From Acidimicrobiales bacterium (lineage in GTDB: Bacteria; Actinomycetota; Acidimicrobiia; Acidimicrobiales; Aldehydirespiratoraceae), in contig OZ241331.1 of NCBI GenBank assembly GCA_965200005.1, positions 463,532-527,531 of the forward strand: 64,000 nucleotides of DNA, written 5' to 3'. Below the pieces are notes generated by a model that had not been told where the DNA came from, searched no databases, and was given only the letters and a program-made list of their open reading frames with translations. A program made the translations under genes and the position numbers. Below are positions 11,084 through 20,766 of the stretch, piece by piece. Position 1 is the first letter of the stretch, and each line of letters begins with the position of its first letter.

Positions 11084-12148
11084 TCAACCAATCCCAGCTC
11101 CACCAGCCGCCGCAGTTCCCGTGACACTTGGTTGCGTCGGCCGATGTTGCAGAACTAATCGCTTTCGAGCATTGAGATGGCACAGCACGTCGTGAGTGTC
11201 ACTGTCTGCGAGCCGGGGCGGATCCTCGCTCTCGCATAATCCCGCAACCCGGTGCCGACATCGGGGCTCGAAGGCACACCCTTGATCCGGTGCCGTCCCC
11301 ACAGTCGATGCGTCCTCTGCTAACACGGACGCTCGGTTGCTACGACCAGGAATCGAATCCAACAACAGTGCCGTGTAGGGATGATGCGGAGGCGTGAAGA
11401 TCTCCTCGACTGTGCCCGACTCCACCACGCGGCCGTGATACAGCACCACCACACGATCAGCTAGCCAGCGCACAACGGCAAGGTCGTGTGCAATGAACAG
11501 GTAAGCAACACCACTGCGGGCTTGCAGTTCGCGCAGCAACTCCAAGATGTTGTCCTGCACCGACACATCAAGAGCCGAGAGGATCTCATCGCAGAGGATC
11601 AACTTCGGTTCGGCAGCCAAGGCTTGAGCGATGGCTACCCGCTGTGCCTCACCTCCGCTGAGCTGCGGTGGGTACCGGTTGATGTAGTCGGGATCGAGAT
11701 GAACGCTCGCTAGCAACTCAACCATGCGATCACGTTTGGCGGCCTTACCTAGATCGAAGAACACATCAAGTACGCGACCAAGGTTGTAGCGGATCTTGCG
11801 TCTGGGATTCAGTGACGAAGCTGGGTTCTGGAACACGTACTGGATGTGACGCAGCATCTCAGGCGTGCGTCGCTGCAGCCCGACCGTGATGTCGGCACCA
11901 TCAAATCGAAGGCTGCCTCGCTGCGGTGCAATAAGTCCGGCAATTGATCGGGCGAGTGTGGTCTTTCCGCTACCACTCTCGCCGACGAGCGCGACCGTTT
12001 CACCCGAGTTGATAGTGAACGAGGCGTCACGCACCGCAGGAGACGGATCAACCACACGACTTCGCCGCAGCTGCGCCAGCCTCGCGCGCAACCGCCGCCG
12101 CTGCTGGTACGAGATCTCGACGTCTTGTACTTCCAGCAGCGCTGTCAT
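11084..12148 (-). CDS. ABC transporter ATP-binding protein (Dpp/Opp F-type)
   Basis: Walker A GESGSGKTT, signature LSGGEAQR, Walker B LILCDE and the C-terminal oligopeptide-type extension. Confidence 0.9.
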   Translation of the reverse strand: MTALLEVQDVEISYQQRRRLRARLAQLRRSRVVDPSPAVRDASFTINSGETVALVGESGSGKTTLARSIAGLIAPQRGSLRFDGADITVGLQRRTPEMLRHIQYVFQNPASSLNPRRKIRYNLGRVLDVFFDLGKAAKRDRMVELLASVHLDPDYINRYPPQLSGGEAQRVAIAQALAAEPKLILCDEILSALDVSVQDNILELLRELQARSGVAYLFIAHDLAVVRWLADRVVVLYHGRVVESGTVEEIFTPPHHPYTALLLDSIPGRSNRASVLAEDASTVGTAPDQGCAFEPRCRHRVAGLCESEDPPRLADSDTHDVLCHLNARKRLVLQHRPTQPSVTGTAAAGGAGIG

Positions 12149-13182
12149 GGCGCAGCACCTACATGAGCCGCGGCCGCATCAACAGTACCAGGATTGCTCT
12201 CAACTAGAGCATCGATGTCGCCAGCCCGCCAGCAAGCAACCTCCTGAGAGGGCCTGATTGACATCAACTCTTGGGGATCCGTGTAGCACTCAGCGAGGGC
12301 GTAGGGACATCGAGGTGCGAACCCGCAACCTTCAGGAAGTTCGTCTCGCCGCAGTAGCCCGCGCAGTTTCTGCGTCGCCGACGGCACAGCATCAACACGG
12401 GGTACAGCGGCGATGAGACCGCGCGTGTATGGATGCATAGGTCGGTTGAACAGGTCATCTGTGTGAGCAGTCTCAACCAACTGACCGGCATACATAACTG
12501 CCACCCGGTCACAGATCTGCTCGAGCACACCAAGGTTGTGACTCACATACAGAGCGCTCATGCCGCTGCTGGCTTTGATCCGGGTCAATAGGTCAAGTAG
12601 CCGTGCCTGGGTAGTCACATCAAGCGCGGTAGTCGGCTCATCCAACACGAGCAGGTCGGGGCTACAAGCAATAGCAATAGCGATCACGACTCGCTGCTGC
12701 TGCCCCCCGCTGAGTTGGTGCGGGTAACGCCGGGCGAGTCGTGAAGGCTCCGGCAACCCAACGTCAGAAAAGATCTCGACAGTGCGCTCAACAGCATCGC
12801 TACCGGAGCACACATTGTGACTCTCAAGCGTCTCCACCACCTGACGACCGACCCGCATCGACGGAGTGAGAGTGCTGGACGGATTCTGTGGAACAAGCGA
12901 AATACGCGCACCCCGAATTGGCTGCATCTGACGATCCGAGAGACCCAGCAACTGTCGCCCATCGAAATTCACTTGTCCGGCAGCGACTCGGCTACCTGCC
13001 TTGTTGTAACCGAATAGAGCTAGCGCCGTGGTGGTCTTGCCACAGCCAGATTCTCCTGCGAGACCAAGAGTTTCACCACGACCGATTTCAAATGACACGT
13101 CTTTGACAACGCTCACCCAACGGTCGTCATTGCGGTAATCAACCGTGAGTCCCCGAACCCTCACCAAAGGTTCAACCATCAA
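12145..13182 (-). CDS. ABC transporter ATP-binding protein (Dpp/Opp D-type)
   Basis: Walker [10 protein letters not shown], signature LSGGQQQR, Walker B LLVLDEPT. 4-nt overlaps with both neighbouring genes. Confidence 0.9.
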   Translation of the reverse strand: MMVEPLVRVRGLTVDYRNDDRWVSVVKDVSFEIGRGETLGLAGESGCGKTTTALALFGYNKAGSRVAAGQVNFDGRQLLGLSDRQMQPIRGARISLVPQNPSSTLTPSMRVGRQVVETLESHNVCSGSDAVERTVEIFSDVGLPEPSRLARRYPHQLSGGQQQRVVIAIAIACSPDLLVLDEPTTALDVTTQARLLDLLTRIKASSGMSALYVSHNLGVLEQICDRVAVMYAGQLVETAHTDDLFNRPMHPYTRGLIAAVPRVDAVPSATQKLRGLLRRDELPEGCGFAPRCPYALAECYTDPQELMSIRPSQEVACWRAGDIDALVESNPGTVDAAAAHVGAAP

Positions 13183-14123
13183 CCGGAGCCTCGTCTACCA
13201 GACACACCGAGTATGTCGCTGATCTCTTCAGTCACCAAGCTCAAAGCCACCACGAGCGAAGCCAACGCCACCGCCGGTCCGAGCACCATCCACCGTGAAG
13301 AACTGAGAAACTTGCGTCCTTCGTTGATCATCAATCCCCATTCGGGTGACGGTGGTGCCGCAGCAAATCCGAGGAAGCTCAACGCACCAATAAAGAACAC
13401 TGCGTAACCGGTGCGCAGCGAGAACTCCACCAACACGTTTCCCAGCACGTTCGGCAATATCTCTCGTCTTGCAATCGAAATGGACGACTCACCGCGAAGT
13501 TTCGCTTTGGTGACGAAGTCTTCTGTCACGACTCCCAATGCCGCAGCCCTAACAGTGATTGTGACCGGCCAAGTGAAGAAGAAAGCGACGGTCAGGATGA
13601 TGACGAGATTGTTGGTCTCAACAGATCCAAGGATCAAGAGTGTGAGGATCAACCCGGGCAACGCCAACATGATGTCGACGCCGCGCATCCCGATCTCATC
13701 TGCCCAGCCCCGCTTGTATGCCAGCAAGATTCCGATCGTGGAACCAGCCACAATTGCGAGACTAGAAGCTGCAAGGCCTTGGATTAGCACGATCCTTTCT
13801 CCGCGCACGACACGACTGAACACATCCCGCCCGAAGTTGTCGGTGCCGAACCAGTGATCCCAAGACGGACCCATAAAAGGCTCACCGGTGAGCATCTTGT
13901 CGTGTTCAAACGGTGCCCACCACGGCCCGGTGACCGCCACAAACACGTGCAAAGCCAAAACGCCCAGGAGTAACACGAACACAGGTCGCTCACGAGCTAG
14001 CCGTGCCAGCCGACGCAGACGCGACGGCCTCAACCGACCTGAGTTGCTAGTGGGTCTAGTGGGTAACGCATCACGTGCCGCCACTTCGCTCATGAGCCCT
14101 TCAGAGGTAGCGGATGAATCCAT
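13179..14123 (-). CDS. ABC transporter permease (DppC/OppC-type)
   Basis: Six-TM BPD-transporter permease pattern. Sits in the operon between the permease and ATPase genes. Confidence 0.85.
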   Translation of the reverse strand: MDSSATSEGLMSEVAARDALPTRPTSNSGRLRPSRLRRLARLARERPVFVLLLGVLALHVFVAVTGPWWAPFEHDKMLTGEPFMGPSWDHWFGTDNFGRDVFSRVVRGERIVLIQGLAASSLAIVAGSTIGILLAYKRGWADEIGMRGVDIMLALPGLILTLLILGSVETNNLVIILTVAFFFTWPVTITVRAAALGVVTEDFVTKAKLRGESSISIARREILPNVLGNVLVEFSLRTGYAVFFIGALSFLGFAAAPPSPEWGLMINEGRKFLSSSRWMVLGPAVALASLVVALSLVTEEISDILGVSGRRGSG

Positions 14124-15112
14124 TATCCGGTGCGCAAACGCGGGTTGAGAGCGGCGGACACTAGATCAGCACCTAGATTGCAGAGTATGTACACACTGGC
14201 GAGGATCATCGTTGAGGCCAGGATCACTGGTGTGTCAAGCAGTCGCAGCGCATCAAGCAAGAGCGTCCCGATGCCGGGATACGTGAACACAACCTCCACC
14301 AGCACCACACCTCCGACTAGCCAGACAACATTGATCACCGTGGCGCGCAAAGCCGGCCCCACAGCACTCGGCAGTGCATGCAACAGCAATACTCGCCGGC
14401 GCGGCAGACCCTTGAGAGTTGCAAACTGCACATAGTCAGAGTTCAACACTGCCAGCAAGCTGGCTTGCATCTGTCGAACCGCAAAACCAGTCATAGCGAG
14501 AGTCAGCGTCACCGATGGCAAAGTCATCATCTTGAGTTGCTCGCCAAACGACTCGGCCTGATCGACAAGCGATAGCGCAGGGAACCATTCAAGTGTCACT
14601 GCAAACAGCACAAGCAGGAAGATGGCGATCACAAAGTCAGGCACTGCACAGCCCAATATCAGCAACGTCGACAGCCCCGCAGCAAAGGCACGCTCGCGAT
14701 ACACCGCAGTGACAATCCCCGTGACGAGACTCAATGGCACATACATGAGCAGCGCCAGACCAGCCAACTGCAACGTATTGGTCAAACGCGGGGCGATGAT
14801 GTCTGTGACACTCCGGTTGATTCGACCTGCAGGTGCCCCCTCGGTTTTGGGTCTCGCAGCCACCAGCGATTCGCCCCAATCACCTTGCACGAAGCCACCG
14901 ACCCAGGTCGTATAACGCTCAAGCGCAGGAGAGTCAAGGTTCATCTGCTCACGGAAACTTGCTACTCGCTCTGGCGTGGCCTCCCGTCCAAGCATGCGAG
15001 TAGCTGCGTCACCCGGTAACAGCTCAACGGCCCAAAAGGTGATTAGCGACACCGCGAACAGCGCGACGACCGCAAGTGTCAGCCGCTGCGCCGAAACGCG
15101 GACGAAATGCAC
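14123..15112 (-). CDS. ABC transporter permease (DppB/OppB-type)
   Basis: N-terminal RLTLAVVALFAVSLITF, typical of OppB/DppB, plus the EAA-loop region. 1-nt overlap with the next gene. Confidence 0.85.
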   Translation of the reverse strand: MHFVRVSAQRLTLAVVALFAVSLITFWAVELLPGDAATRMLGREATPERVASFREQMNLDSPALERYTTWVGGFVQGDWGESLVAARPKTEGAPAGRINRSVTDIIAPRLTNTLQLAGLALLMYVPLSLVTGIVTAVYRERAFAAGLSTLLILGCAVPDFVIAIFLLVLFAVTLEWFPALSLVDQAESFGEQLKMMTLPSVTLTLAMTGFAVRQMQASLLAVLNSDYVQFATLKGLPRRRVLLLHALPSAVGPALRATVINVVWLVGGVVLVEVVFTYPGIGTLLLDALRLLDTPVILASTMILASVYILCNLGADLVSAALNPRLRTG

Positions 15113-15157
15113 CGATGAAGTTTGTCAGGTTGCGACGGCCATGACCGCCGTCACTGA

Positions 15158-15176
15158 ACGCCTAACGCTTAGGCGT
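15158..15176 (-). terminator. intercistronic hairpin between the binding-protein and permease genes
   Basis: ACGCCTAA-cgc-TTAGGCGT inverted repeat (8-bp arms), just after the SBP stop and before the permease start at 15112. No clear U-tract, so it may attenuate or stabilise rather than terminate. Confidence 0.35.
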
Positions 15177-15201
15177 CTGCTTTGCTTAGGCGTCTGCTTT
15201 G
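15168..15201. repeat. perfect 17-bp tandem duplication spanning the SBP stop codon
   Basis: cttaggcgtctgctttg occurs at 15168-15184 and again at 15185-15201. The second copy contains the TAA stop (15186-15188, minus strand). Confidence 0.9.
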
Positions 15202-16883
15202 TCGATGGTGTAGTAGGCGCCTCGGGGCTGCCAGCCAGTCACACCGCTGCGCACTGCACTGCTGAGACCAAACATGTCGGGCACGAAGTGGCCACCTTCA
15301 TCAATGATCTGTTGCTGCAGTCGTCCATAAATCTCGGTTCGCACCGCTTCATCAGTCGTTGATCGCGCGGCTGCAAGATCGGCATCAAACTGCTCACTCG
15401 CCCAGTGCGTCTCATTCCAGTCTGCATCGGACTTGTACCACAGACCTAGGCCATGATCCACAGTTCGAACGTTCCAGCCAGTCATAGCGAACGGCGCAGT
15501 GAGCCACTGATCACCCCAGTAAGTGTCTGCCGGCGTCACGTTCAACTCCAGATTGATTCCCACTTCACCAAGCTGCTGTTGCCAGACCTGAGTCCATTCA
15601 ATCCAGTCCTCCATAGCCGCAAGAGTGAGCGTCAGATCAATACCATTCGGGTAGCCGGCACGGTTCAAGTGTTCCCTGGCCATATCCAGGTTGTGCTCAC
15701 GTGATCCAGCAAGACCGAAGCGGATCAACGACGGCAGGGGAATGTCGTTCATCAGATGTGCCCTGCCACCATAAACGAGGTCGTTGTGCTGCTGCCGATT
15801 GGTTGCATACTTCATCGCGAGACGCAGATCGTTGTTATCAAACGGCGGCGTATCGATCTGGCAGTAAGCCACCGATGAAGAACCGATCGGGTTCGTTACG
15901 ACTGAAATCTCGGGGTGTGAATCAAGATCGTCCAGCGCAGTTGATGGGGCCCGAGAGAGGATGTCAACCTGACCGCCCCTGATAGCCGCAAGCATCGCTT
16001 CCGTCTCAGGGATGGTGATCACCTCAAAGTAATCAACCTTCGGCAAGCCGGGCTGCCAGTAATTCTCGTTCCGCTCAAAGACAGTGCTGATCTCGCCTGG
16101 GATGAACTCATCAATCTTGAACGCTCCAGTACCGAGGCTCTGAGCGGCTAGATCGGCGTTAGTCGCACCTTCTGGCACGATCCTCGTGTGGGAGTTTGTG
16201 ATAGCCGCAGGCCAGTCAACGTTGGGCTCGGTAAGCCGCATTACCACCGTTTGGTCATCACGAGCGAAGACTCCATCCGGCTCAAGACCAGGCAGGTTGC
16301 CCGCTCCTGGTGATGCCACATCGGGGTCAAGCAGTCGCTGATACGTGTAGACCACGTCAGCGGCAACAAAGGGTTTGCCGTCGTGGAACGTGATCCCTTC
16401 ACGCAACTTGAAGACCCACTCCGTGCCGTCTGCGTTGGCTTCCCAGGACTCTGCAAGGTGCGGTGTCGGGGTGAGGTTCTCGTCGGCACGAACCAGTTGC
16501 TCGGCAACAAGAGTCTGGAACAAGCCATCAGTCGATGATGTTCGGTACGCGGGATCAAGCGTGTCAGCCGATGTTGCAGCGGCGTGATAGCCGAAGCGCA
16601 GTGTCTTGGGCTCTCTTGGCGCTTCAGTGGTGGTGGTAGTTGCAGGCGCTCCCGCTTCGGTGGTCGGTGTCGGTGCGATCATGGTCGTAGTCGCTGGAGC
16701 GATCGTTGTGGTTGATGCCGGTGCTGCCTCGGTAGTTGGAGTTGCCGCCGTTGTTGTTGTCGGAGTCGCAGAGTCACCGTCGTCGCCGCAGGCAGCGAGC
16801 AACACCGCGCCACCTGCAAGAAGATTGAACTGCCGTCGGCTCAGTTTGTGCTTGACACGTCCTTGATCTTGTTGTTCCGACAT
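15186..16883 (-). CDS. ABC transporter substrate-binding lipoprotein, family 5 (peptide/nickel/oligosaccharide type)
   Basis: RRQFNLLAGGAVLLAAC signal/lipobox, a Thr/Pro/Ala-rich linker, then the family-5 SBP body. The ATG at 16883 is preceded by AGGAGGGA; the ORF is open to 16922. Confidence 0.85.
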   Translation of the reverse strand: MSEQQDQGRVKHKLSRRQFNLLAGGAVLLAACGDDGDSATPTTTTAATPTTEAAPASTTTIAPATTTMIAPTPTTEAGAPATTTTTEAPREPKTLRFGYHAAATSADTLDPAYRTSSTDGLFQTLVAEQLVRADENLTPTPHLAESWEANADGTEWVFKLREGITFHDGKPFVAADVVYTYQRLLDPDVASPGAGNLPGLEPDGVFARDDQTVVMRLTEPNVDWPAAITNSHTRIVPEGATNADLAAQSLGTGAFKIDEFIPGEISTVFERNENYWQPGLPKVDYFEVITIPETEAMLAAIRGGQVDILSRAPSTALDDLDSHPEISVVTNPIGSSSVAYCQIDTPPFDNNDLRLAMKYATNRQQHNDLVYGGRAHLMNDIPLPSLIRFGLAGSREHNLDMAREHLNRAGYPNGIDLTLTLAAMEDWIEWTQVWQQQLGEVGINLELNVTPADTYWGDQWLTAPFAMTGWNVRTVDHGLGLWYKSDADWNETHWASEQFDADLAAARSTTDEAVRTEIYGRLQQQIIDEGGHFVPDMFGLSSAVRSGVTGWQPRGAYYTIDKADA

Positions 16884-16995
16884 TTGTCCCTCCTGACGTT
16901 TATCGGATCGGCGGCAGATCACTCCGGGTTGAATGCCGGTCCACGCCGCTTGACAAGTTCCCCCGAACTCCGGTCATGAACCGTGAAACGCCCCG

Positions 16996-18009
16996 ATGCA
17001 CTGTTTTCCCGCTTATCGGTCATACTATGGATTCAAGGCAAGGCAGGCCAAAGCGAGCGTTCAGCCTGTCGACCCATTCGAACTGTCGGAGGAGACTGTG
17101 CAGGCCCAGGAGATCGTTGAGCGTTACACACATGATGGCTATGTGGTTGTTGACGACCTCTTCAATGACAATGATCTTGATCCAATGCGTGATTTCATCT
17201 CATGTGCTGTTGATACGTATAGTCACCAACAGTTTGCGAACGGGCGATTGAATTCTTTACATGACGATGAGCCGTTTGAACGCCGATATGCGGCCATCTG
17301 TGAAGAGTTGGAATTCTCCCCTCGAGACTGGTCATTTGGGACGTTTGGGCCCGAGTTCTACGGCTTGTATACCCACCCCGAGATCGTTCGTGTTGTGAGT
17401 CTCCTGCTGGGTGACGAGGTGACAGTGGTTTCTAGTCCGTCACTGCGTACGAAGCTTCCGGGTAGCACGATCACTGCGTTTTCCTGGCACCAAGACAGCC
17501 ACTATTTCGATCAGGCGGAAGTGGGCAACGTCGTCAAACGCACGCAGAACTTGCACATGGTGAGTGTCTGGTTGCCTCTTGTTGACGCCACGGTCGATAA
17601 CGGCTGTTGCTGGGTGATTCCGGGAAGTCATCGATGGGGGTTGTTGGATGCTGCGCGTGGAGATGACCGCAACGTACGTATTAGTGAGCAAGTAGAGGAG
17701 CGCGGTACGCCCGTGCCGGTTCCACTGCGGCCCGGTGGTGCGTTCTTCTTTTCAAACCTGTGTGTTCACGCAAGCACAGTTAACACAACCCAGTTCTGTC
17801 GTTGGAGTATTGACTTCCGATACATCCCGACTCCAACAAGTGCAGCTCTCGATGCCCGCCAGCGCAGTCAGGCAGAGTTCGTAGAGCGTGGTTCCCTCAA
17901 CGCTGGAGACGTGCCGTTTGTGGTTCTCCCCGAGAATGAGCGACCTACGTGGGATGAGTGGCAAGCCAGCGTCCATGAGCATCGCCGTACACGTATGGCT
18001 GCATCATGA
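16996..18009 (+). CDS. phytanoyl-CoA dioxygenase (PhyH) family oxygenase, second copy
   Basis: YTHDGYVVVDDLF, WHQDSHY (HxD), PGSHRWG and distal HAS. The start is uncertain. Confidence 0.7.
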   Translation: MHCFPAYRSYYGFKARQAKASVQPVDPFELSEETVQAQEIVERYTHDGYVVVDDLFNDNDLDPMRDFISCAVDTYSHQQFANGRLNSLHDDEPFERRYAAICEELEFSPRDWSFGTFGPEFYGLYTHPEIVRVVSLLLGDEVTVVSSPSLRTKLPGSTITAFSWHQDSHYFDQAEVGNVVKRTQNLHMVSVWLPLVDATVDNGCCWVIPGSHRWGLLDAARGDDRNVRISEQVEERGTPVPVPLRPGGAFFFSNLCVHASTVNTTQFCRWSIDFRYIPTPTSAALDARQRSQAEFVERGSLNAGDVPFVVLPENERPTWDEWQASVHEHRRTRMAAS

Positions 18010-18200
18010 CTCTCCTAGGACCAACTTCGGTGTGCTCTTGGTGAAAGTGTGTGGCTGTCAGAGCCTCAGTCGTAGAGGAGCAGGAAGCGATGTGTGACTC
18101 ATCAGTAACTGAGTTGGGGTGCGGCTATTGGGCTTCTTCCGGTAGTGCCGGATCAATAGCCAACAGCAACCGGACGAGCCGCAATGACTGCTGCGTAGTG

Positions 18201-20567
18201 CTAGCGGAGGGGTTGGGTGGTGTTGAAGTGGTCGATGGCTTGTTGGATTATCTCGCTGGGTTCCCAGTCGTAGTAGGCGACTATCTGGTCCCGGGCTCTA
18301 GTCATGGCAACAAACAGCTTCGAGATCTGTAACTCGCGATATTCGGATGCTTCATCGGGGGTCTGTCGCCGGTGGGACTTCGGGAACTTGTTCTTTGTCA
18401 GTTGTGGCAGTATCACGACCTTGAACTCAAGGCCTTTAGCCCGGTTGTAGGTACCGACCTTCACTGCACTACTTGTCACGCCCGTGTAATTCTCTAACGA
18501 TTGCGTCGCCACGCCCCGTTGTCGAAGTTTCTTCTCTATCGCGTTCACGTCCGCTCTGGAGGGGGCGAGTATTGCGATGTCACCGCTTCCGTAGGTGTCC
18601 GTTCCTTCGTTGAGTGCGTTGATTCGCTTGGCCATGTCATCGATCTGAGCGTCGAGTCCCACCGCCTTGATAAGCAACGGCACAGGGCCCTGACGATTCG
18701 CTGTGGTTGTTTCACTGGATCGTTGAAACGTCTCACCAAGGTCGTGAACTTCGACGTTGCCCGTCGCAGCTAATGCCGCAGAGACAATCTGGTTCGTGTT
18801 GCGATAGTTCTCCGTGAGCACTGTTGTGCGACCACGCACCTCAACACCCGCCTGGCGCAAAGTGAATCCGCCTGGGTAGATGCGCTGAGCACCGTCGCCG
18901 ATGATCAGCAACCCGTCGGGCCGGTCATGATCGAAGTCGGGGGCGTTCACGAGCCCTCGCAACATCTGCAAGCCCGCAAGGGTCAGATCCTGGGCCTCGT
19001 CAACGATGACCGCGGAGTACCTCGGTGCGTGCAACGTTCGCACAAACTTGAGAGCCCTAGTGATGACGTCAAAGAAGTCCATGACACCGAGATGTTGCAT
19101 CTCGGTGTCCCAAGCATTCATGAGGTTCCACAACTGCTCCCGCTGACGAGAACGCATCGGAACCCTCCTGCCAACACGGGAGACAGCCTGGTACTCATCA
19201 AGAGACTCAAGGGCACGACTCTTTACGACACGCTGGATCTCCTCTCGTAGGTAGAATTTGGAAAGGTTTGAGACACCGAGCGGTGTCCCCGGTACTACGA
19301 CTTGGTCATACGCATTGTCGAAGGCGCGGTTGACTTCCTTAGTCACGATGCGCGGCCTAAATCCCGACTCACTGCATAGACGCCATGCCAGCTTGTCAAC
19401 GTTGATGAACTCGACCTCTGAGGTGTGTGCTCCAGGCAAACGCTTCAAGAGTGCCTCAAACACGGGAGGCAGGGTCTTTATGTAGGTCGTGAACAGCACG
19501 GGCACTGCTGGCGAACTCTCAGCGCCAAACAACTGAGATTTGCGCTGTTGCCTTGCCTCGTAATTGCGTTTGGCAAGACGAGCAGCGCGATGAAGACCAA
19601 CGACTGTCTTGCCAGTGCCGGCTCCACCTCGCACCCGTGCCGGGCCGTTGTAGTTGCGCTTCACGGCAGCCTGCTGGTCTGGATGCAAGAAGATCATCCA
19701 ATCCTCAATTGGACGCCCAATCACATCAGCGAGGAACTCCGGTTCCACCCGCGTGAACTGCGGCGCAACCTTCGGATCCACGAGCATCTGCCCCAGCAAC
19801 CGCTCCTCTTCAGTAACAGTGATCTGGCTCTCGGGGATATGCGCCGAGCTAACATCCGAGGCGTTCCCGGACGGCGAGCGATCCGCAATTGAGCTTGACT
19901 CGTCTGGATCCGTGACTGGAGGTTCAACGTCACCAGACTCGTCGGCATCGGACTCTTCAACGGTGGACTCATTCGAAGACTGTCCATCGGGACTACCGTA
20001 AGCGATGAGGTTGAAAGCAGAGTCGAAGTAACGGCCTAGCTCTATGTCCAAACGGAGCAGTTCATCTTCGGTGTTTAGCTTGCGCAAGTGCGACACAATG
20101 AAGGACGGAAACCAGACTGCCAGTTCATCGTCTTCCCATGCCATGAAGAGACGGCCGGCCTCCTCATGACGCGACTCCTCGTGGCGAAACTCGTTGTCCC
20201 GTTCCTGCTGCTCTTCGAATGGAAGTTCTTCAAGGACCACTTTGTGCTGATCGGGCTCAAGTCGTACCTGCATGCGTCGCGCTCGCTCGTAGATCTTGTG
20301 AGTTCCGTAGAGCAACAGCACGATCGTGCGATCGAAAATCTGCCAAACGACACGTCGATTAGATGATCGACCCGCTACATCCGAAGCGAATATTTGCCGA
20401 CCCTTTGTCGAGTTGGCGATGTTGTGTGTTGAGAGCTTGGGACTGTGAAATGGCCGAGTCTCGATCTCAGCGACTGTTTCCCAAAGTCGCGCCGCGAATC
20501 TGGGTTCGTCAGGAAACGACTTGATGCAGTCCCTGAATGAATCTGCCCACGTGACCCTGTAAATCAT
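18201..20567 (-). CDS. fusion protein: N-terminal RelE/ParE-like toxin-fold domain plus SF1 UvrD-type helicase
   Basis: aa 1-98 (IYRVTW...RRVVWQIFDRTIVLLLYGTHKIYE) follow the RelE/ParE pattern. An acidic/Ser-rich linker follows. Helicase motifs: Walker A GGAGTGKT, motif II VIVDEAQDL, ENYRNT and C-terminal KGLEFKVVILP. Confidence 0.65.
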   Translation of the reverse strand: MIYRVTWADSFRDCIKSFPDEPRFAARLWETVAEIETRPFHSPKLSTHNIANSTKGRQIFASDVAGRSSNRRVVWQIFDRTIVLLLYGTHKIYERARRMQVRLEPDQHKVVLEELPFEEQQERDNEFRHEESRHEEAGRLFMAWEDDELAVWFPSFIVSHLRKLNTEDELLRLDIELGRYFDSAFNLIAYGSPDGQSSNESTVEESDADESGDVEPPVTDPDESSSIADRSPSGNASDVSSAHIPESQITVTEEERLLGQMLVDPKVAPQFTRVEPEFLADVIGRPIEDWMIFLHPDQQAAVKRNYNGPARVRGGAGTGKTVVGLHRAARLAKRNYEARQQRKSQLFGAESSPAVPVLFTTYIKTLPPVFEALLKRLPGAHTSEVEFINVDKLAWRLCSESGFRPRIVTKEVNRAFDNAYDQVVVPGTPLGVSNLSKFYLREEIQRVVKSRALESLDEYQAVSRVGRRVPMRSRQREQLWNLMNAWDTEMQHLGVMDFFDVITRALKFVRTLHAPRYSAVIVDEAQDLTLAGLQMLRGLVNAPDFDHDRPDGLLIIGDGAQRIYPGGFTLRQAGVEVRGRTTVLTENYRNTNQIVSAALAATGNVEVHDLGETFQRSSETTTANRQGPVPLLIKAVGLDAQIDDMAKRINALNEGTDTYGSGDIAILAPSRADVNAIEKKLRQRGVATQSLENYTGVTSSAVKVGTYNRAKGLEFKVVILPQLTKNKFPKSHRRQTPDEASEYRELQISKLFVAMTRARDQIVAYYDWEPSEIIQQAIDHFNTTQPLR

Positions 20568-20766
20568 GTCAATAGCTTTGAGTCAAGAGTCAAAGTCGCA
20601 CCATGGAATCCACGTGGCCCATAATCTGGCACAGCACACCAAGTTAGCGGCAACAGTCAATGAAAATCGCCACGTTTGTCGGGGGCATATACTTGGTGAA
20701 TCCTTCTTTGGCTTGTGTTCAGTAGTTGGTCTCGTAATTTGGTAGCAGTTGAGAATCAGTTCTGGT

